A stretch of 64,000 nucleotides of DNA, from NCBI RefSeq assembly GCF_009914755.1, contig NC_060933.1. The stretch is one strand, 5' to 3'. This DNA is from the human T2T-CHM13v2.0 reference genome, Homo sapiens. Every line of letters starts with the position of its first letter. Within the stretch, counting starts at the first letter, position 1. Below the pieces are notes generated by a model. The model searched no databases, was not told the DNA's origin, and was given only the letters and a program-made list of their open reading frames with translations. Shown here piece by piece: positions 57,301 to 64,000 of the stretch. The translations under genes were made by a program, and so were the position numbers.

Positions 57301-58333
57301 ATGGAATGGAATCAACCCGAGTACAGGGGAATGGAATGGAATGGAATGCAATGGAATGGAATCATCCGTAATGGAATGGAAAGGAATGGAATGGAATGGA
57401 ATGGAATGGAATGGAATGGAATCAACTCGATTGCAGTCGAATGGAATGGAATGGAATTAACCGAATAGAATGGAATGGAATGGAATGGAACGGAACTGAA
57501 CGGAACGGAATGGAATGGAATGGAATGGAATGGAATGCAACGGAAAGGAAGGGAATGGAATGGAATAGAATGGAATGGAATGGAATCAACGCGAGTGCAG
57601 GGGAATGGAATGGAATGGAATGCAATGGAATGGAATCTTCCGGAATGGAATGGAATGGAATGGAATGGAATGGAATGGAATGGAATGGAATCAACCCGAG
57701 TGCAATGGAATGGAGTGGAATGGAATGGAATGGAATGGAACAACCCGAATGGAATGGAATGTAATGGAGAGTAAGGGAGTTGAATAGAATCAATCCGAAT
57801 GAAATGGAATGGAATGGAACGGAATGGAATTGAATGGAATGGAATGGAATGCAATGGAATGGAATCAACCCGAGTGCAACGGAAAGGAGAGGAATGGAAT
57901 GGAATGGAATGGAATGGAATGGAATGGAATCGCTCCGAGTGGAATAGGAGGGATGTTTTCGAGTGGAATGGAAAGGAATGGAATCAACTAGAGTGGAAAG
58001 GAAGAGAATGGAATGGAATGGAAACTAATAGAATGGAATCAACACGAGTGGAATGGAATGGAAAGGACTGGAATGGAATGGAATGGAATGGAATCAACTC
58101 GATTGTAATGGAATGGAATGGAATGGAATGGAATGGAATGGAATGGAATGGAATCAACCCGAGTGCAATGGAATGGAGTGGAATGGAATGGAATGGAATG
58201 GAACAACCCGAATGGATTGGAATGTAATGGAGAGTAAGGGAGTTGAAAAGAATCAATCCGAATGGAATGGAATGGAATGGAACGGAATGGAATGGAATGG
58301 AATGGAATGCAATGGAATGGAATCTTCCGGAAT
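27310..58333. promoter_or_regulatory. Cluster of 28 perfect heat-shock-element matches (nGAAn-nTTCn-nGAAn = GGAATCTTCCGGAAT)
   Basis: Starts at 27310, 27575, 28958, 29323, 30201, 33142, 33990, 34854, 35633, 36481, 37345, 38119, 38393, 41398, 43497, 44350, 45188, 47289, 48732, 49435, 51228, 52056, 53739, 54398, 55102, 56055, 57632, 58319. The motif match is seen directly; HSF1 occupancy is inferred. Confidence 0.65.
33135..38111. repeat. Near-exact tandem duplication, unit 2,491/2,486 bp
   Basis: Identical ORF translations recur at offset 2,491 (33280/35771, 33589/36080, 34697/37188) and then 2,486 (35416/37902), because one pentamer is missing at ~37,700. Both copies share private variants (aaagtatgg, aattaattcg, aactaataaa, cccgagttcaa). 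Confidence 0.93.
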
Positions 58334-60899
58334 GGAATGGAATGGAATGGAATGGAATGGAATGGAATGGAATGCAATGGATTCAACTGTATTGCAATGG
58401 AATGGAATAGAATGGAATGGAATGGAATGGAATGGAATGGAATTAAACCGAATAGAATGGAATGGAATGGAATGGAACGGAACAGAACGGAATGGAACGG
58501 AACGGAGTGGAATGGAATGGAATGGAATTGTATGGAATGGAATGGAATGGTACGGAATAGAATGAAATGGAAAGAATTGGAATGGAATGGTATCGAATGG
58601 AATGGAATGGAATGGAATGGAATCAACCCGAGTACAGGGGAATGTAATGGAACGGAATGCAATGGAATGGAATCATCCGGAATGGAATGGAATGGAATGG
58701 AATGGAATGGAATGGAATGGAATCAACCCGAGAGCAATGGAATGGAGTGGAATGGAATGGAATGCAATGGAACAACCCGAATGGAATGGAATGTAATGGA
58801 GGGTAAGGGAGTTGAATAGAATCAATCCGAATGTAATGGAATGGAACGGAATGGAATGGAATGGAATGGAATGGAACGCAATGGAATGGAATCAACCCGA
58901 GTACAATGGAACGGAATGGAATGGAATGTAATGGTATGGAATGGAATGGAATGGAATGGAATGGAATCAACCCAAGTGCAATGGAATGGAGAGGAATGGA
59001 ATGGAATGGAATGGAAACTACCCAAATGGAATGGAATGTAATGGAGTGTAAGGGAATTGAATAGAATCAATCCGAATGGAATGGAATGGAATGGAACGGA
59101 ATGTAATGGAATGGAATGGAATGGAAACAACCAGAATGGATTGGAATATAATGGAGTGTAAGGGAATTGAATAGAACAAATCTGAATGTAATGAAATGGA
59201 ATGGAACGGAATGGAATGGAATGGAATGGAATGGAATGGAATGGAATCAACCCGACTGCAGGGGAATGGAATGGAATGGAATGCAATGAAATGGATTCAA
59301 CTTGAATGGAATGGAAAGAATGGAATCAACACGAGTGGAATGGCATGGATTGGAATGGAATGGAATGGAATCAACCCGAGTACAGGGGAATGGAATGGAA
59401 TGGAATGCAATGGAATGGAATCATCCGTAATGGAATGGAATGGAATGGAATGGAATGGAATGGAATGGAATGGAATGGAATGGAATCAACTCGATTGCAA
59501 TCGAATGGAATGGAATGGAATGAACCAGAATAGAATGGAATGGAATGGAATGGAACGGAACGGAATGGAATGGAATGGAATGGAACGGAACGGAATGTAA
59601 TAGAATGGAATGGAATGGAATGGAATGGAATTAATCCGAATAAAATGGAATGGAATGGAATGGAATGGAATGGAATGGAATGGTATGGTATGGAATGGAA
59701 TGGAATGGTACGGAATAGAATGGAATGGAACGAATTGTAATGGAATGGAATTGAATGGAATGGAATGGAATGGAATGGAATCAACGCGAGTGCAGGGGAA
59801 TGTAATGGAACGGAATACAATGGAACGGAATCATCCGGAAAGGAATGGAATGGAATGGAATCAACCCGAGTGCAATGGAATGGAGTGGAATGGAATGGAA
59901 TGGAATGGAACAACCCGAATGGAATGGAATGTAATGGAGAGTAAGGGAGTTTAATAGAATCAATCCGAATGTAATGGAATGGAATGCAACGGAATGGAAT
60001 GGAATGGAATGCAATGGAATTGAATCAACCCGAGTACAATGGAATGGAATGGAATGGAATGGAATGGAATGGAATGGAATGGAATGATACGGAATAGAAT
60101 GGAATGGAACGAAATGGAATGGAATGGAATGGAATGGAATGGAATCAACACGATTGCAATGGAATGGAATGGAATGGAATTAACCCGAAAAGAATGGAAT
60201 GGAATGGAATGGAATGGAATGGAATGGAATGGAATGGAATGGAATGGAACGGAACGGAATGGAATGGAATGGAATGGAATGGAATCAACGCGAGTGCAGG
60301 GGAATGGAATTGAATGGAAAGCAATGGAATGCAATCTTCCGGAATGGAATGGAATGGAATGGAATGGAATGAAATGCAATGGACTCAACTCGATTGCAAT
60401 GGAATGTAATAGAATGGGATGGAATGGAATGGAATGGAATTAACCCGAATAGAATGGAATGGAATGGAATGGAATGGAATGGAATGGAACGGAATGGAAC
60501 GGAATGGAACGGAATCGAATGGAATGGAATGGAAAGGAATGGAATGGAATGGTATGGAATGGAATGGAATGGTACGGAATAGAATGGAATGGAAATAATT
60601 GTAATGGAATGGAATTGAATGGAATGGAATGGAATGGAATGTAATCAACGCGAGTGCAGGGGAATGTAATGGAACGGAATGCAATGGAATGGAATCATCT
60701 GGAATGAAATGGAATGGAATGGAATGGAACGGAATCAACCCGAGTGCAATGGAATGGAGTGGAATGGCATGGAATGGAATGGAACAACCCGAATGGAATG
60801 GAATGTAATGGAGAGTAAGGGAGTTGAATAGAATCAATTCGAATGTAATGGAATGGAATGCAACGGAATGGAATGGAATGGAATGCAATGGAATGGAAA

Positions 60900-63800
60900 G
60901 GAATGGAATGCAAAGGAATGGAATCAACCCGAGTGGAATGGCATGGAATGGAATGCAATGGATTGGAATGGAATGGAATCAACTCGAGTGGAAAGGAATG
61001 GAATGGAATGGAAAGGAGTGGAATGAAGTCAACTCGTGTGGAATGGAATTGAATGGAATGGATTGGAATGGATTGCAATGGAATGAAATAGAATGGAATG
61101 GAATGGAATCAATCATTCCGAGTGGAATGGAAGGGAATGTAATGGAGTGGAAAGAAGGGAATGGAATCAACCCGAGTGGAATGGCATGGAATTGAGTGGA
61201 ATGGAATTGAATGGAAGGGAATGGTACGGAATAGAATGGAATGGAACGAAATGGAATGGAATGGAATGGAATGGAATGGAATGGAATGAACCCGTGTGCA
61301 ATTGAATGGAATCGAATGGAATGGAATGCAATGGAATGGATTCAACTAGAATGGAATGGAAAGGAATGGAATCAACCCGAGTGGAATGGCATGGCATGGA
61401 ATGGAATGGAATGGAATGGAAAGGAATGGTACGGAATAGAATGGAATGGAACGAAATGGAATGGAATGGAATGGAATGGAAAGGAATGGAATGGAATAGA
61501 ATGGAATCCACCCGATTGCAGGGGAATGGAATGGAATGGAATGGAATGGAATGGAATGGAATGGATTCAACCCGAATGGAATGGAAAGGAATGGAATAAA
61601 CCCGAGTGGATTGGCATGGAATGGAATGGAACGGAATGGAATGGTAGGGAATAGAATGGAATGGAACGAAATGGAATGGAATGGAATGGAATGGAATGGA
61701 ATGGAATGGAATGGAATGGAATCAACCTGAGTGCAATGGAATGGAGTGGAAGGGAATGTAATGGAACGGAAACAACACGAATGGAATGGAATGTAATGGA
61801 GTGTAAAGGAATTGAATACAATCAATCCGAATGTAATGGAATGGAATGGAACGGAATGGAATGGAATGGAATGGAATGGAATGGAACAGAATGGAATGGA
61901 ATGGAATGCAGTGGAATGGAATCAAACCTAGTGCAATGGAATGGAATGGAATGGAATGGAATGGAATGGATTGGATTCAACCCAAATGGAATGGAAAGCA
62001 ATAGAATCAACCCGAGTGGAATGGCATGGAATGGAATGGAATGGAATGGAATGGAATGGTACGGAATAGAATGGAATGGAACGAAATGGAATGGAATGGA
62101 ATGGAATGGAACGGAATGGAATGGAATCAACTCGATTGCAATGGAATGTAATGGAATGGAATGGAATTAACGCGAATAGAATGGAATGGAATGGAATGGA
62201 ACGGAATGGAATGGAATGGGATGGAATGGAATCAATCTGAGTGCAGGGGAATGGAATGGAATGGAATGCAATGGAATGGAATCTAATGGAATGGAATGCA
62301 ATGGAATGGAATGGAATGGAATGGAATGCAATGGAATCAACTCGATTGCAATTGGATGGAATGGAATGGAATGGAATGGAATGGAAGGGAATGGAATGGA
62401 ATGGAATTAACCTGAACAGAATGGAATGGAATGGAATGGAACGGAATGGAATGGAATGGAATGGAATGGAATCAACCCGATTGCAATGGAATGGAGTGGA
62501 ATGGAATGGAATGGAATGGAAACAACCCGAATGGAATGGAATGTAATGGAGTGTAAGGGAATTGAATAGAATCAATCCGAATGTAATGGAATGGAATGGA
62601 ATCGAAAGGAATGGAATGGAATGGAATGGTTTCAACCCGAATGGAATGGAAAGGAATGGAATCATCCCGAGTGGAATGGAATGCAATGGAATGGAATGGA
62701 ATGGAATGGAATGGAATGGAATGAACCCGTGTGCAATGGAATGGAATCGAATGGAATGGAATGGAATGGAATGGATTCAAGTCGAATGGAATGGAAAGGA
62801 ATGGAATCAACCCGAGTGGAATGGCATGGAATGGAATGGAATGAAATGGAATGGAATGGAATGGAATGGTACGGAATAGAACGGAATGAAACGAAATGGA
62901 ATGGAATGGAATGGAATGGAAAGGAATGGAATGGAATCAACCCGAGTGCAGGGGAATGGAATGGAATGGAAGGCAATGGAATGCAATCATCCGGAATTGA
63001 ATGGAATGGAATGGAATGGAATGGAATCAACTCGATTGCAATGGAATGTAATGGAATGGAATGGAATGGAATTAACCCTAATAGAATGGAATGGAATGGA
63101 ATGGAATGGAATGGAATGGAATGGAATGAAATGGAATCAACTCGATTTCAATGGAATGGAATGGAATGCAATGCAATGGAATGGAATGGAATGGAATGAA
63201 ATTAACCCGAATAGAATGGAATGGACTGGAATGGAATGGAATGGAATGGAATGGAATGGAATGGAATAGAGTGGAATGGAATGGAATGGAATAGAATGGA
63301 ATCCACCCGAGTGCAGGGGAATGGAATGGAATGGAATGCAATGGAATGGAATCATACGTAATGGAATGGAATGGAATGGAATGGAATCAACCTGATTGCA
63401 ATGGAATGGAGTGGAATGGAATGGAATGGAATGGAATGGAAACAACCCGAATGGAATGGAATGGAATGGAGTGTAAGGGAAGTGAATAGAATCAATACGA
63501 ATGTAATGGAATGGAAAGGAACGGAATGGAATGCAATGGAATGGAATGGAATCCAATGGAATGGGTTCAACCCGAGTGCAATGGAATGGAATCGAAAGTA
63601 ATGGAATGGAATGGAATGGATTCAACACCAATGGAATGGAAAGGAATGGAATCAACCCGAGTGGAATGGAATTTAATGGAATGGAATGGAATGGAATGCA
63701 GTGAAATGGAATCAAACCTAGTGCAATGGAATGGAATGGAATGGAATGGAATGGAATGGATTAGATTCAACCCAAATGGAATGGAAAGCAATGGAATCAA

Positions 63801-64000
63801 CCCGAGTGGAATGGCATGGCATGGAATGGAATGGAATGGAATGGAATGGAAGGGTACGGAATAGAATGGAATGGAACGAAATGGAATGGAATGGAATGGA
63901 ATGGAATGGAATGGAATGGAATGAAATGGAATAGAATGGAATCCACCCGATTGCAGGGGAATGGAATGGAATGGAATGCAATGGAATGGAATGGAATTGA
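60900..64000 (-). repeat. HSat3 sub-type B domain (terminal), preceded by a ~300 bp degenerate transition
   Basis: B markers return (aacccgtgtgcaattg, tcaaacctagtgc, ttagattcaacccaa, taaccctaatag). Paralogous to 23.6-25.9 kb (direct) and to 13.0-14.35 kb (inverted). Confidence 0.8.

Larger units (their letters stand above)
25935..60900 (-). repeat. HSat3 sub-type A domain (~35 kb)
   Basis: Reverse complements of A markers throughout: ggcatggattgg, ggattcaacttg, catccgtaatgg, caacgcgagtgcagggg, ggagagtaagggagttg, ggaatcttccgg. Confidence 0.8.
21459..64000 (-). repeat. Human Satellite III (HSat3) array in opposite orientation, (GGAAT)n on +
   Basis: Continuous GGAAT pentamers with CAACCCGAGT / TAACCCGAAT / CAACTCGATT modules, which are the reverse complements of the left-arm modules. 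Confidence 0.97.

Noticed and set aside
25935-60900. CRISPR-like appearance (recurrent motifs and palindromes separated by spacers)
   Set aside because: The spacers are the same GGAAT pentamer rather than unique sequence, spacing is irregular and there are no cas genes. This is eukaryotic satellite.
105-63981. Hundreds of ORFs encoding (MEWNG)n or (IPFHS)n, including 41861-43225 (454 aa), 13904-14947 (347 aa) and 18194-19216 (340 aa)
   Set aside because: The pentamer has no stop codon in any frame and GGAAT repeats supply an ATG every 5 nt, so long overlapping ORFs are expected in all six frames. There is no domain, codon or gene-structure evidence.
1-64000. Transposable element (Alu, L1, LTR) insertions, including at the inversion or domain boundaries
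   Set aside because: No poly-A tails, short target-site duplications or non-satellite stretches. Every deviation is a short pentamer-derived module.
1-64000. HSat2, alpha satellite, telomeric repeat or a regular DYZ1-like ~3.5 kb unit
   Set aside because: No CATTCGATTC/ATGATG-dominated HSat2 unit, no 171-bp monomer or CENP-B box, no TTAGGG tract and no regular 3.5 kb period were seen.
21461-64000. Canonical G-quadruplex motifs on the G-rich strand
   Set aside because: Runs of three or more G (CAGGGG, AAGGG) are isolated, not four closely spaced tracts; the background has only GG.
1-64000. Annotating a discrete SatIII lncRNA gene
   Set aside because: SatIII transcription is known in general, but no start, end or processing signal can be defined from this sequence.

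Overview
The whole 64 kb window is Human Satellite III-type DNA (HSat3/SatIII; primate, most likely human pericentromeric or acrocentric heterochromatin). It consists of (CATTC)n/(GAATG)n pentamers interspersed with the diagnostic ACTCGGGTTG/CAACCCGAGT decamer and other recurrent variant modules. I see no genes, RNA genes, transposons, CRISPR arrays or unique sequence; every ORF in the track is a translation of the pentamer (MEWNG/IPFHS). The array is internally structured. (1) There is one strand inversion at ~21,459, with CATTC on + to the left and GAATG on + to the right, and its arms form a diverged kb-scale inverted repeat. (2) Two sequence sub-types, which I call A and B, are arranged A-B-(A island)-B | B-A-B. 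(3) Type A alone carries a perfect three-unit heat-shock element (GGAAT-CTTCC-GGAAT, 31 copies counted by eye) and a 14-bp perfect palindrome (TCGATTGCAATCGA, 22 copies), usually ~200 bp apart in a ~0.85 kb sub-unit. (4) There is a near-exact 2.49 kb tandem duplication plus older duplications at several scales. I found no novel protein-coding system. The best candidate for under-described biology is the domain-restricted lattice of perfect HSF1 elements next to an inversion. All counts and boundaries were read by eye and should be confirmed computationally.
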